A stretch of DNA of 64,000 nt, taken from a virus. Each line of letters opens with the position of its first letter. Position 1 is the stretch's first letter. A program made the translations under genes and the position numbers. This document shows, one piece after another, positions 19,801 to 29,056 of the stretch. Where the stretch lies: positions 27,256-91,255 of the IMG/VR virus record IMGVR_UViG_3300036790_000231; one strand, 5' to 3'. Under the pieces are notes generated by a model that saw only the letters and a list, made by a program, of their open reading frames with translations, had not been told where the DNA came from and did no database searches.

Positions 19801-22800
19801 GTAAGTTGCTGTCCATGATTCTCTAAGGTTTTTGCTGCTGATATCCAAGCCTTAGTTCCTTCTACATCAGGCAAGTGAACTGCATTGAATCCTGCTAGAT
19901 ATGAAGCGCTTGGTGAAGATTCAAACCAGCCAGCTCCTCCATTGTCCTTTTGTCTTGCAAACCCTGAAGTTCCCCAATATCTATCTCCAATCCTCATAAA
20001 TGTATGATCTCCATTGAAGAAAATAGTTACCAAACCCTCTCCTGAAGGAAATCCCCATGAGCCTATATCACCCGAAACTGTAGTTGGAACTTTGTATCCA
20101 CCTTGTTGTGTGACAAAAGAAACACCGCCTGAGCAATCGACACCATCTCCCAAGCGAGCGGGTTCTGTATGACCACCCCCATATACATATGGGAGATTCA
20201 TATTGGAAACTAAGTCAGCAGCAGCAAGAACTCTGGCCATATGCGTGCCACCGAAACTTGCATGAAATGCCCTTAATGCACTTACAGTTCCACCCTCGGC
20301 CATACTCCTAACAGCCGGTGCCCTACTCAGATACTCGTCAAGAAGAGAAGCTTGACGAGAAGCATGACGAGGATCGGTTGTAAGAGCTATCTCATCGTGA
20401 CCAGCCTCACCTACTCGATATGAATGTCCACCAGGAGAAGCATTCATCCAACCACCAGATGCACGCATATATTCTGGAACTCCTCCACCAGATGCATTAT
20501 TCGGTTCAGAAAAATTTTCATGTCTATATTGCTGATTTCTTGATCCTTGAATCTCAGTATTAGAAATTCCATACTTACTCAATGCCTCAGAAACCAATTC
20601 CTTTATTTCTTTCATGCCCTTAGCAGTACTAACGGTCCCCTTGCGCATAGCTTCATCAATAGCTGTCTCCGCACTTCCAAAATTACTTATTAATGCTTCC
20701 TTACCTTGCTTAGAGTGAAGTCCTAAATCTTCTGCAATACTTTCTATATTAGTTTTAACCCTTTCTTTTACTTGCTTAAAAATAAATTCTGTTGATTCTT
20801 TAATTGATTCAAAACTCTTTGATACTTTAGCAGTAACAGGTCCTAAACTTTCAAAATATTTTTTTGTATTTTCTGAAAATAATTGAGCTGCGCGCGTAGC
20901 AGGACTATAAGCTTTAGCAAGTTCTTCTAATTTTTTCTTCCATTGATGAAGAGCTGGATTATGAGCTAATTTGGTTGCTTCTAAAGATATTTCTTCTAAA
21001 GCACCGTTGGAAAGATTTTGTATTTTACCTTTATTTTCTTGAAGTAAATTTCCAAACTTTCTTAGACTAGATTCCGAACTATTTTCTTCACCAAAAACAT
21101 TTTGGGCGAATCCCGCATAATTACCCGTTACCGCATCTCCCAAAGAACTAAGAGAAAAAGCATGATGAATATCTCTTCCTAATTCATCGCCAAAATTACC
21201 TGTTGTAGGAATTCCCTGGGAACTATAAGTTTGACCTAAATTAGCCGTAGATTTGTCTAATATGTATGCAACTCCTCCTGCTACCACGACAGGAACTAGA
21301 ACCGCCCCAACTAAATCTGCTGCGCTTATTCCAATGGCTCCTACTGCTCCCTCGCCGCCAGCAATAAGATCAGACTCAGTAGAAGAACCTGCATCATGCT
21401 CTGCTGTGGAAACTGCTCCTGCTCCTCCTGCGCTCTCTGCGCCGCCAACTACTCTCTCATCATTAAGCGCTTCTTGAGCAACTTTTGTCTCTTCAATAGC
21501 TTGTTTGTTTTTGGTTACTGCACTGGTGAGAGCTTCCCATGCCTCTCTTCCCGTGCCACCCTCAAACATAATTTTCAATGCGCTATATAGACCTTTAACT
21601 ACGCCAATAGTGCCCATCACGGCTGATTTATATTTCATTACTTTAGTAATAACAAATATGCCAGCCAAAATGGTTCCAAATCCCTCTAATAAAATCCTTC
21701 CCGGTGCTCCAAAAAGATTGAAAAATTTCAATAAAATGTTTGTAAGTGTGCCAACTATTTTAACTACATTACCTAATCCAGGTATCAAAACTACTTTTAA
21801 GAAGGTAGAAAATGCTCCTAAATTGCTAAGATTAAATACCTCAATAAACTCCTTACCTAGAGTAAGTAGAACTCCACCAATTAATGACAGACCTTCTCTT
21901 GCTTCTCTAAAGAACTTAGTGACCTTTGGCCCATTAGATTCAACCCATTTAGTCGCCCTTTCGACTGATTCAGAAAAAGTAGTTACAGTCTTTAATCCCT
22001 GTGGAGCAGCATCATGGCCAATTGCCAAGAAAAGAGATCCGATTGATGATCCTAAGTGAGCAAACCCTTCAGCATATTTTACGGCACCAGTAAAGAATTC
22101 TTTAAGATCATTCACTCCTTCTGGAGTAGAATATTTTGTATCAAGTTTAGCCCAAAAATTATCCCAATCTTCTGACATTTTTTTGAAAGCCGGATCAGCA
22201 GCTTTTGCTATATCTTGAAATAAATTCATCAAATGTAAAATAGCTGAAGTAACTATAGGAAGATTATCTGTAGCATCTTTAGACATTTCCTCAAAGAATG
22301 AAGTGCCTTTTTCACCAAAGATCTCATTCTTATATTTTTTCAGGCTAGATCCCATAGCCTGAGCAAGATTGTCAATCGGTTCTAAGAAAGAGCCTGATCC
22401 TAAAAGACTTTCAAGTTTTAAAGCAGCTTCTTCAAATGGTTCAATGAAGTAATCAGTTATTTTCTTAAGGGGGCTATCTGGCGACTTGAGCTGTTTCTCC
22501 AGGTTGCTTAGGACTTTGACTAAGGCTTTTTCAGGGCCAGACATCTGGCTAAGCAATTGTTGATACTGAGCTTCTTGACTTGTCTCGGAAGAAGAAGGCT
22601 GAGCAGCTTGAAGTAAAGTTATTTGTCTCTCGCGGGCCGCCGCCGAGTGAGCTTGTTCTGCTTGAGTTACTGCTTGATGAGATGAAACAAGAGATTGACG
22701 AGCGCTTACAACACTTCGAGCCCCTTCAACTCCTCTACGCCGAGCAATATTCGCTTCTCTTTCTGCCCAAGGTACTTCCCAATCTGCCTTCTTTTTAGCT

Positions 22801-24611
22801 AATTCAGCAGCTTTTACTTGCTCTTCGGCAGTTATAATTCCTGTTGTTTCACCTTTTTCAATAGAAATCTGCTCTTGTCTTCTAGCTTCAGCAAGAGAAA
22901 CAGATGCACCTTCAGCAGCTAGTCTTGCACTCTTTTCAGCAAAAACAAGATCGGTAATATTTTTAAGAGCTTGTTCACGCGCTTCAGTAAGAGCAATCTG
23001 TGAATCTCTTACTTGTAATTGCGCATCATTTAATTGTATATTAGAATTTACTAGCTGTTGATTAGCAGAAATAAGTGTAGATTGATTTTGTAATTCTTTA
23101 ATTTTCCCAGCATTAGGTTCAAAGTAGGCAGTTTTTTCTGCTTCGCTTTTAACTGATACTGCTTGGAAAATTGATTTGAATCTAAGTAAAGCCGCACCAG
23201 CAATCGATATCATCGGAATAAGCTGACCAACTCCTGAAATAAACGCTCCTCCAAGAGCTGCACCTGCCTCACTTGCAGCAGAAGCAACAGATATTAAACT
23301 TCCAACTAAGCTATCTACTCCAGTAACTAATTGCTGAGGGACTGCGGCAATAAAAACCTCTTTTACCCCTTGTACTGCTGAAGCTACGCCAGTAAGTCTA
23401 AATTTTAGAAAGTCTAAATGAGCACCAATCGCTTCAAATGTTTCTCCAAAATCTCCTCTTTTGAAAGACGCTACTATTCCACCAGTAGATTCAAGAAGAG
23501 CTTTGCGGGCAATCTTAGAAGCTTCCTCCGCTTTGGATCCCCATTTCAGTGCATCTTCTCCACCAAGCTCAAATTGCCTGCTTAATGAGCTAAAAGCTCT
23601 AGCAAAATCTTGTGCTCCCCGTTTAGCCTCATTCTCAGTTAATTGGCCAGATTTTAATTTAGAAAGCCATCTATCGTACGCACTGGTAATATCATTGATC
23701 TTTTGCTTTAATTCTGCATCATCAAAACTCTTACCAATATTAAATGACTCGCTTCTTAATCTCTCCGAATCAGCAATTAATCTACCATATTCCTCATGAA
23801 CTGGTCCAAGAGAATTAGCCAAACTTTTATATTCTCTACTAAAAGCATCTATATAATTTTTTTGCTCTTGCTGAGATTTTCCTGTTTGATCTAGGGTAGA
23901 TCTATAATTTTGAAGAGCCTGATCTAAATCCTTAATTGAATTAATTTGTTTTTGCGCATCAGTAGATAAAGAAATTGGTTGACGAGAAGATGGCTCTAAA
24001 GTTTGTAATGCTTTTGCAGAAGCGCGCGCCTGCTCGGCTAAATCTCTTAACTTAGTAGCTTCTTGACTGGCTATATCAAATCTTTTAGAAAGAGAATCAA
24101 GTGATCCCCCTAATGCAGTATATTCTCTACGTGCATCTCCTAAATCCTTATTACCACTTTTTATCTCTTGCCCAAGATTATCAAATCTATCAACAATTTC
24201 ATCAACTTTTTTATTTAAATCATCTGAGGCTCCGCCTGTTTTCTCAAACTCAGCAGCAGTTTCAGCCATTGCGTCTTGAACATCAGTAGTTTTTCTTCCA
24301 AGATTCTCATGAGAAGATGCCGTATCATCTACCGACTTCTTATGACGATCTAAACTACCAGTAGCATCATCTATATCTCTACCAAGATTACGAGCGGATT
24401 GGGATCCTCTAACTTGCTCTTCTCGTAATCTTCTAGCCTTTTCCTCAGCATCCTCAGATTTATCACCAAGCTTTTCAATATCTTTGGCAACACCCTCAGC
24501 ACTAGAAGTTCCAGTTAATCTATCTAACTCAGCTTTAAGCGCAGCTACTTTAGCACTTGCTTGATCTTTTGCGCGAAGAAGTATCTCAATTATGTAGTCA
24601 CTGTCGGCCAA
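16869..24611 (-). CDS. tape measure protein with NlpC/P60-like peptidase and SLT-like transglycosylase domains
   Basis: 2580 aa, helical and Ala/Gly-rich. PYVYGGGH..DCSG..HTFM peptidase motif; AESAGNP..GLYQI..NP..N..GLGAW transglycosylase motif. Confidence 0.92.
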   Translation of the reverse strand: MADSDYIIEILLRAKDQASAKVAALKAELDRLTGTSSAEGVAKDIEKLGDKSEDAEEKARRLREEQVRGSQSARNLGRDIDDATGSLDRHKKSVDDTASSHENLGRKTTDVQDAMAETAAEFEKTGGASDDLNKKVDEIVDRFDNLGQEIKSGNKDLGDARREYTALGGSLDSLSKRFDIASQEATKLRDLAEQARASAKALQTLEPSSRQPISLSTDAQKQINSIKDLDQALQNYRSTLDQTGKSQQEQKNYIDAFSREYKSLANSLGPVHEEYGRLIADSERLRSESFNIGKSFDDAELKQKINDITSAYDRWLSKLKSGQLTENEAKRGAQDFARAFSSLSRQFELGGEDALKWGSKAEEASKIARKALLESTGGIVASFKRGDFGETFEAIGAHLDFLKFRLTGVASAVQGVKEVFIAAVPQQLVTGVDSLVGSLISVASAASEAGAALGGAFISGVGQLIPMISIAGAALLRFKSIFQAVSVKSEAEKTAYFEPNAGKIKELQNQSTLISANQQLVNSNIQLNDAQLQVRDSQIALTEAREQALKNITDLVFAEKSARLAAEGASVSLAEARRQEQISIEKGETTGIITAEEQVKAAELAKKKADWEVPWAEREANIARRRGVEGARSVVSARQSLVSSHQAVTQAEQAHSAAARERQITLLQAAQPSSSETSQEAQYQQLLSQMSGPEKALVKVLSNLEKQLKSPDSPLKKITDYFIEPFEEAALKLESLLGSGSFLEPIDNLAQAMGSSLKKYKNEIFGEKGTSFFEEMSKDATDNLPIVTSAILHLMNLFQDIAKAADPAFKKMSEDWDNFWAKLDTKYSTPEGVNDLKEFFTGAVKYAEGFAHLGSSIGSLFLAIGHDAAPQGLKTVTTFSESVERATKWVESNGPKVTKFFREAREGLSLIGGVLLTLGKEFIEVFNLSNLGAFSTFLKVVLIPGLGNVVKIVGTLTNILLKFFNLFGAPGRILLEGFGTILAGIFVITKVMKYKSAVMGTIGVVKGLYSALKIMFEGGTGREAWEALTSAVTKNKQAIEETKVAQEALNDERVVGGAESAGGAGAVSTAEHDAGSSTESDLIAGGEGAVGAIGISAADLVGAVLVPVVVAGGVAYILDKSTANLGQTYSSQGIPTTGNFGDELGRDIHHAFSLSSLGDAVTGNYAGFAQNVFGEENSSESSLRKFGNLLQENKGKIQNLSNGALEEISLEATKLAHNPALHQWKKKLEELAKAYSPATRAAQLFSENTKKYFESLGPVTAKVSKSFESIKESTEFIFKQVKERVKTNIESIAEDLGLHSKQGKEALISNFGSAETAIDEAMRKGTVSTAKGMKEIKELVSEALSKYGISNTEIQGSRNQQYRHENFSEPNNASGGGVPEYMRASGGWMNASPGGHSYRVGEAGHDEIALTTDPRHASRQASLLDEYLSRAPAVRSMAEGGTVSALRAFHASFGGTHMARVLAAADLVSNMNLPYVYGGGHTEPARLGDGVDCSGGVSFVTQQGGYKVPTTVSGDIGSWGFPSGEGLVTIFFNGDHTFMRIGDRYWGTSGFARQKDNGGAGWFESSPSASYLAGFNAVHLPDVEGTKAWISAAKTLENHGQQLTDIGKGKGAASFISAVQASAGKGGGALGLLQQIVAPKVKGGALIGKVVQGALNTATGAANQFLEKLGESSGAGIETSSSAGGSYNRSRLENLWDKEGGPRGMARIMAAISLAESAGNPLAESPVSDEGSHAEGLYQIEMPMNAADVPGGNAKNPIANTIGAIKILASQGLGAWETFVSGDYLKFMASGGAVKRLKEFASGGRAPWGGSPVPIIAHEGERIMNPSQYSEAARLAGTSPSGLDSHMGFNSSSPRQHFADGGIPRVIGSSAQASSSSNAISSSIARFMPTLLEMNPNEQAEFSNIQKFFKSLSKAFKGIKKFSSESGKYDKYIEEFSNEIGAANGLLEKMKTGREKRTELSTSSNIQKVFSSKGKIVKRVIGEPGTEGLDIRTMEKESQDMKKELGKINQLKNETMSQVSHVETEKSSPKRTAALNNLRARYNKLIEEQDNLSKAMSENIENRYSDQTQQIQDQVSKLESSYNVISQEQTSQESTAQSKGQYGQVQVLNKQIAASANKQIQNLQKPLKEAEKIGNTEEVNTIKQSIASLNQTIATAAMERINALQSEVNQAYQETESGITSEQGIAQALGNFVKVKEMDQQIISTTTGYIVQLENVLHEAEREGESSRVASIKEEISGLKQIVTNAVVEQITSAKSQMEQESSSKQSEVSLLQSKSKIAAERGNNKEAGEYEQSALIMKQGDLESERIKLLELKQQAHSSGAISEEAHFIEEINKNTEQLEENRLALQNNTAATVELLVKGIEASGSFNKSIYSNLAQGIETVGKITGVTNVKALKSATEGEAGALGTERSQLEATASGVGLGKVAGMSSQEILTWFASSEGQQTIKGLESSAHTEKEKETMRSLVSQLETNSLATEQNTEKMAELNGHLNQPQSFSTTAWEQYRGAFFNGMGGMLPAYAASLPASMRPENMPVYGSAAPGASSSTMIENLNLTHPVEVADPQLFSEELSHQIGQSPTAP

Positions 24612-25208
24612 CTACATCACCTCATTCCTAACAGAATGAAATTCTTCAATAACTATTTCTCTTTCTTCTATCTCTTTTTTAGTATAAGCACCTCCGCGAC
24701 AATTTCTAAATTGGGCAAATTTTAGAACTATTTCTGCTTGTCTTCTCTTATTACATAAATAAGGAATAATATAAGGGAATGAATTACAAACATCTCTCTT
24801 ATTTTGCAAACGCCATTGATAAGCTATTTTTCCAGAAACAGTTATTTGGTTAAAGGTTACCTTTCCACCGTCCATTACAGTTACCAATACATCCAAAGGT
24901 TCTCTATGAACTTGAGCCACACTAATAAGAGGGCTTCGGAATAAAGGATGAGTCCCCTTTTTCTTTGTTAATGAAAAACATCCCTCCCCATCTAAAAACC
25001 CAGCAGCCCAAGCATACTCTAATTTTTCATCAAAAGATGGTTCTTTATAAACAAATGGCTCAATCTTTTTGATACCTTTTCTTTCATTAGTACATTGCTT
25101 GCAATGAGTTTGTAAACCATCGCTAGATCTAATAGAATGCCAAAAATCACTAGCAGATTTCTTTATTCTGCATTTACTACATCTTTTATTTTCTATTAGA
25201 TAGGCCAT
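24612..25208 (-). CDS. free-standing LAGLIDADG homing endonuclease with an N-terminal zinc ribbon
   Basis: AWAAGFLDGEGCF and PYLCNKRRQA; N-terminal CSKC...CKQC. Confidence 0.88.
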   Translation of the reverse strand: MAYLIENKRCSKCRIKKSASDFWHSIRSSDGLQTHCKQCTNERKGIKKIEPFVYKEPSFDEKLEYAWAAGFLDGEGCFSLTKKKGTHPLFRSPLISVAQVHREPLDVLVTVMDGGKVTFNQITVSGKIAYQWRLQNKRDVCNSFPYIIPYLCNKRRQAEIVLKFAQFRNCRGGAYTKKEIEEREIVIEEFHSVRNEVM

Positions 25209-25209
25209 T

Positions 25210-25659
25210 TTAATGTTCTATTTTTGGAGGAGTAACCTTCGCTAAAGCTCTTCGTCCAGCTTTAAGGAATGGATCATTGTCCTCAATCTCTTTAAGTTCT
25301 TTTTCTTCTATTTCTGTTTCTTTAGGATCACGCCAAGCTACATTCTTTAATTTTTCATAGTAATCATTAAGAGAATCTATATATTTATTTCTAGTTCCCT
25401 TATCATCATCGTAATTTGAATTGGAATATAGAGCACTTATATGATCGTTTCTTTTCTGATCTATTTCATCAACTAATTTTCTTCTAGTCCATATTTCATA
25501 AGCCTTAGTAAATCTTCTAGCAGGCCACTCCAGAAGTTCATTTATAGTCTCAGGATGATGTCCTGAATATGACTCAAGTGCAGCAAGAGGAGTTAAAGTG
25601 CGCGGTTTTGATTCCTCTTCCTCGCCCTCTGCGTCGCTGTCAGAACGTTTCTCCACCAC
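25210..25659 (-). CDS. tail assembly chaperone, frameshift (T) portion
   Basis: Lies in the -1 frame relative to 25593-26291 and is reached through the T TTT TTA slippery site. Confidence 0.75.
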   Translation of the reverse strand: MVEKRSDSDAEGEEEESKPRTLTPLAALESYSGHHPETINELLEWPARRFTKAYEIWTRRKLVDEIDQKRNDHISALYSNSNYDDDKGTRNKYIDSLNDYYEKLKNVAWRDPKETEIEEKELKEIEDNDPFLKAGRRALAKVTPPKIEH

Positions 25660-26291
25660 TTTGTTAAAAAATACTCCAACTCTTCATAATTCTGCTCAAT
25701 AAACAAAGTAAGCATCTCCTCGCCATCCCTGACCGACATGCCGCCCTCGTCAGTCGGTCTAGACCAAATATCAATTAAGAGATTTCTCTCTGAACGCGGC
25801 ACCCTCAACCATATACACTGAGCTTCCGTAAGAAAATCAGGGATATAAGAAGCTAATTTGAGAACGCTTTTCAGGATCGAGTCAATACCACCTAAGCTGC
25901 TACCAGCGTCAACTGACAAATGACCATCTCGGAAGGAGAGAGGAAGTTTTTCATCTGGCATTATTTTGTCAATAGAAAGACCATCAGGGCCACTCATCGC
26001 CTCATCCATCTTGCGCGAAAACAGTCCAGTAAACTCAATCATCGCATGATATGAAAGAGGTTTTTGGTTATAAAATCTCTCAAAATGTTGAGGAATCAAC
26101 TCGCCACCAACTTTAACCTCATAATCTGCTTGGAAGTGCCATTCTTTAGTCGGAATAGGCTTTTCGATATCATCCTCAGAAGTCACAAGAGGTAAATCTT
26201 TTTTCTCCTCTTTCCCCTCAGCTACAGCGCCAAGTTTTTCTTGAAGTATTTTCTCTGCTGCTGCCTCATCTGTTGAATCTTCTGTAGCCAT
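25593..26291 (-). CDS. tail assembly chaperone (G)
   Basis: Between the tail tube and tape measure genes; slippery heptamer near its 3' end. Confidence 0.75.
   Translation of the reverse strand: MATEDSTDEAAAEKILQEKLGAVAEGKEEKKDLPLVTSEDDIEKPIPTKEWHFQADYEVKVGGELIPQHFERFYNQKPLSYHAMIEFTGLFSRKMDEAMSGPDGLSIDKIMPDEKLPLSFRDGHLSVDAGSSLGGIDSILKSVLKLASYIPDFLTEAQCIWLRVPRSERNLLIDIWSRPTDEGGMSVRDGEEMLTLFIEQNYEELEYFLTKWWRNVLTATQRARKRNQNRAL
25665..25671 (-). other. programmed -1 ribosomal frameshift site (U UUU UUA)
   Basis: TAT TTT TTA ACA in frame 0. A -1 slip reads NKVVEKRSDS..., which is the downstream ORF. Confidence 0.8.
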
Positions 26292-26322
26292 TTTATTCCT
26301 TTCTAACTTTCGCTTTATCTAG

Positions 26323-26856
26323 TTATCTAAGACTATCTGGTTGAAGTCTTAATTTTAGGATTGCTTTAAATTTCTCTTTCCAATAAGGTAATGTTACTAA
26401 TCTCATGGCAGCATAAGTAGCTGCCATATAGTGTTGACCTTTTTGTCCTTTTACTGATTTTTGATATATAGAATGTATTCCATCTGGAGGAAGCTTCATA
26501 TAATTAGCTCTAAAAGGATATATAGCGCTTGCATTATTTCCATAAATACCAGTTCCCTTATCTACATAAATTGGATACAACATAGAGCCAGGGTTATATA
26601 TAGAAGTGGAGTCCATAATTGCAGGAATACCTATTTCTGCAAGAAATTCTATTCCAACATCAACAGGTCCATGACTTCCAACTGCCTCAGAAAGAGCTAG
26701 AGTTGATCCATGAGGAACAATTCCCTTTAAAAATCCCTCAGTATCATCAGTAATTCCTTTGACCATATCGGACAAAGTTTGATGGACTGAATCTCCACTA
26801 AGTTTGCGCGTATTTGATTCTATACGAGCTACATATATTTGATTATCATTTGCCAT
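26323..26856 (-). CDS. HK97 gp10-like tail completion/neck protein
   Basis: YPIYVDKGTGIYG...KSVKGQKGQHYM motif. Start chosen at ATG 26856. Confidence 0.7.
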   Translation of the reverse strand: MANDNQIYVARIESNTRKLSGDSVHQTLSDMVKGITDDTEGFLKGIVPHGSTLALSEAVGSHGPVDVGIEFLAEIGIPAIMDSTSIYNPGSMLYPIYVDKGTGIYGNNASAIYPFRANYMKLPPDGIHSIYQKSVKGQKGQHYMAATYAAMRLVTLPYWKEKFKAILKLRLQPDSLR

Positions 26857-26956
26857 GAGCGTTTTTGAAGGACTGAGATTATAAAAAGCGTCGTGGATCA
26901 AGGGCCAATGGCCGAGATGCACGAGCGCGGCCTCGCCCTACGCTCATCTACTACGA

Positions 26957-26985
26957 TTTATATCATTTTTACAAAGAAACGTCAA
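26957..26985 (-). promoter_or_regulatory. internal sigma70-type promoter
   Basis: Minus strand TTGACG-17 bp-TATAAA with an extended TG. Confidence 0.55.
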
Positions 26986-27024
26986 GGGGGCGATGAGCGT
27001 CTATGAACCCATCGCCCCCTTTTA
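26984..27024. terminator. strong hairpin after the tail tube gene
   Basis: AAGGGGGCGATG / CATCGCCCCCTT inverted repeat. The longer T-run is on the + strand. Confidence 0.7.
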
Positions 27025-27037
27025 CTACTACTACTGC

Positions 27038-28018
27038 TTACCTATATACAACCTGATCAACAACTTCACCCATTGAATAGTCCGGATCTGAGACAACTGG
27101 GTCAGCAAATACCCTGAATGTTTGAGCAATAGTTTGTTGATTGCCAGACTTCATATACTCAAGGGTTGAAGCTTGAGGAGACTTCAGAACTCTACGCATA
27201 AGATGACCTCTTATTTTACCGGCAGAAGTTCCAACAGTTCTCTTATGAAGAATAGCCATTCTACGTTCTGTATAAGCAGAAGGATTTCCTAGTCCCAAAT
27301 GTCTCTCGTTAGGCGTCTGAGTTATATCAGTGGTGATTTCTCCACCTTCCCAAGCAAACTGAATATTTTCTAAGCTTGTTTGAGCAAGAGGAGCATCAAC
27401 TGTCATCTCCCATTCATCTGGAATAGCTAGAATAGCCGCCTGAATCTGATCAATATCGATCATACTCTCAGTGTTATTCCTGGTAAGTTTTATTCCGCCT
27501 TTAGTGGAACCAAGCTCAGTCCAAGAACCAACCGGATCATAAAGCCCAAAACCTGCTTGAACTCTTTTAATTTCTGATGTAGCTTCTTCAGCAGTTTTTT
27601 TCAGCGTATTTTGAGCAATAACGATCAATGGTTGAGCATGATTCTCCAGTTCTCCAGCAAATTTAACTGTAATTGCATTTTTATCTAATCCTTCTGTTCC
27701 TTCACATTCCACACCTTCTTCTCCGATAGAAGGAAGTTCTTCCAGAGCTTTTTGTATATCTTCAGAACTCAATTCATTATATTTAAGTTCTTTAGTTTCA
27801 TAAGACATAAAACCAAACGAAATGATACCAGTAGTAGGTTCTTTCGTTAATTTAGTAATTTCTTGTTCCTCATTAGTATAACCAGTAGTAGCAAGATTGA
27901 TTATACTTCCTAATTTCTTAGGATAAGGAGTAGAATAAGGGGCTACAAGAACACGAGCAGGGCCACGGATAATTCCGTCCCCCAGCGGTTCTACTCTCTC
28001 AAATCCACCCGTAGACAT
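27038..28018 (-). CDS. major tail tube protein with an inserted surface domain
   Basis: IIRGPARVLVAP...WTELGSTKGGIKLT...DQ tube fold, with a ~110-aa insertion. Confidence 0.82.
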   Translation of the reverse strand: MSTGGFERVEPLGDGIIRGPARVLVAPYSTPYPKKLGSIINLATTGYTNEEQEITKLTKEPTTGIISFGFMSYETKELKYNELSSEDIQKALEELPSIGEEGVECEGTEGLDKNAITVKFAGELENHAQPLIVIAQNTLKKTAEEATSEIKRVQAGFGLYDPVGSWTELGSTKGGIKLTRNNTESMIDIDQIQAAILAIPDEWEMTVDAPLAQTSLENIQFAWEGGEITTDITQTPNERHLGLGNPSAYTERRMAILHKRTVGTSAGKIRGHLMRRVLKSPQASTLEYMKSGNQQTIAQTFRVFADPVVSDPDYSMGEVVDQVVYR

Positions 28019-28038
28019 GGGCTATTCCTTTCTTTTTA

Positions 28039-28359
28039 CTAAGAGCCCTGCGCAGGCGCGATGGGCGAGGGAGTGGACACAGTGACAGAAGGAATTGGTT
28101 TAGATTCGGAAGAAGAGACAGACTTGCCCGCTTCCTGATCCTTCACAATTTCTATCTGAAATCCTTTATTAACTCTACTAAGCTCATTGGGTGTAATATA
28201 TACTACATCCCCATTCAAATAAAGGGAACGTGATATACCGTTATCACTTCTAAATAAATCTATTCTATTATTTGTATCACCTAACGATATATTGCCAATA
28301 TATCTCACAGGGATCGAAGGCTCGACACCATCGACCGTAACTTTTGTAGCGTCGGCCAT
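28039..28359 (-). CDS. hypothetical virion-region protein
   Basis: ORF with a GAAAGG RBS. Confidence 0.55.
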   Translation of the reverse strand: MADATKVTVDGVEPSIPVRYIGNISLGDTNNRIDLFRSDNGISRSLYLNGDVVYITPNELSRVNKGFQIEIVKDQEAGKSVSSSESKPIPSVTVSTPSPIAPAQGS

Positions 28360-28375
28360 TTTCTTTCCTTTCAGA

Positions 28376-29056
28376 TCAGAAGCTTGTCTTCTGTACTTTA
28401 TATTCTAAAAGTCTTCCTTGCAATATGCAAACTGGAGATGGTTCATTTCTCACAAAAGGTTCGGATGTTTTTGCTACTGGAGGATTGGATATTTCTCCAG
28501 TTAAAACCCCACCCAGCGAAGCATTTTTTTTAATACTCATATGTACTGCATCGGATAATCTTTGTAATTTACTATCCAGTTCTTCCTCTAATTTAATTCC
28601 TTCTTCATCATGTAAATTTTCTTGTTTAATAGGTTCTGATTTACATAATATATCTATAAATAAGGTTGCTTCAACTACATCAAATTGATCAGGTTGAAAA
28701 CTGGCTGGTTTAAAATCATGACAAGTAGTAGTTATATTTGGCCATCTGTCTAGCGAAGCTTCCATCAATGATGGCTTTATACCAGTAAAAAAATTATTTT
28801 TTTCTACTTGAGGTATAAGTATTCTATTAAATTCAAATCCAGTAATTTCATAGTATTCCTTATCTCTTTGATCCCAAGAATATTGTAACTGTTTAGTGAT
28901 GGATGGTAAATATTTTATTAATTGCGCTTTGGCAGCTCGCTGAACTTGCTCAGCTTCAATACCCTGTCCAACTGCTAAATGACTGTAATCATTTCCAAAA
29001 GGCTCAAATTCTTTTATAATTTCGTTAGCCATTTTATGGGAAAGGATAAAAACCAA
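28376..29056 (-). CDS. tail terminator-like protein
   Basis: Position before the tail tube gene; size and beta-rich C-terminal half. Confidence 0.5.
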   Translation of the reverse strand: MVFILSHKMANEIIKEFEPFGNDYSHLAVGQGIEAEQVQRAAKAQLIKYLPSITKQLQYSWDQRDKEYYEITGFEFNRILIPQVEKNNFFTGIKPSLMEASLDRWPNITTTCHDFKPASFQPDQFDVVEATLFIDILCKSEPIKQENLHDEEGIKLEEELDSKLQRLSDAVHMSIKKNASLGGVLTGEISNPPVAKTSEPFVRNEPSPVCILQGRLLEYKVQKTSF

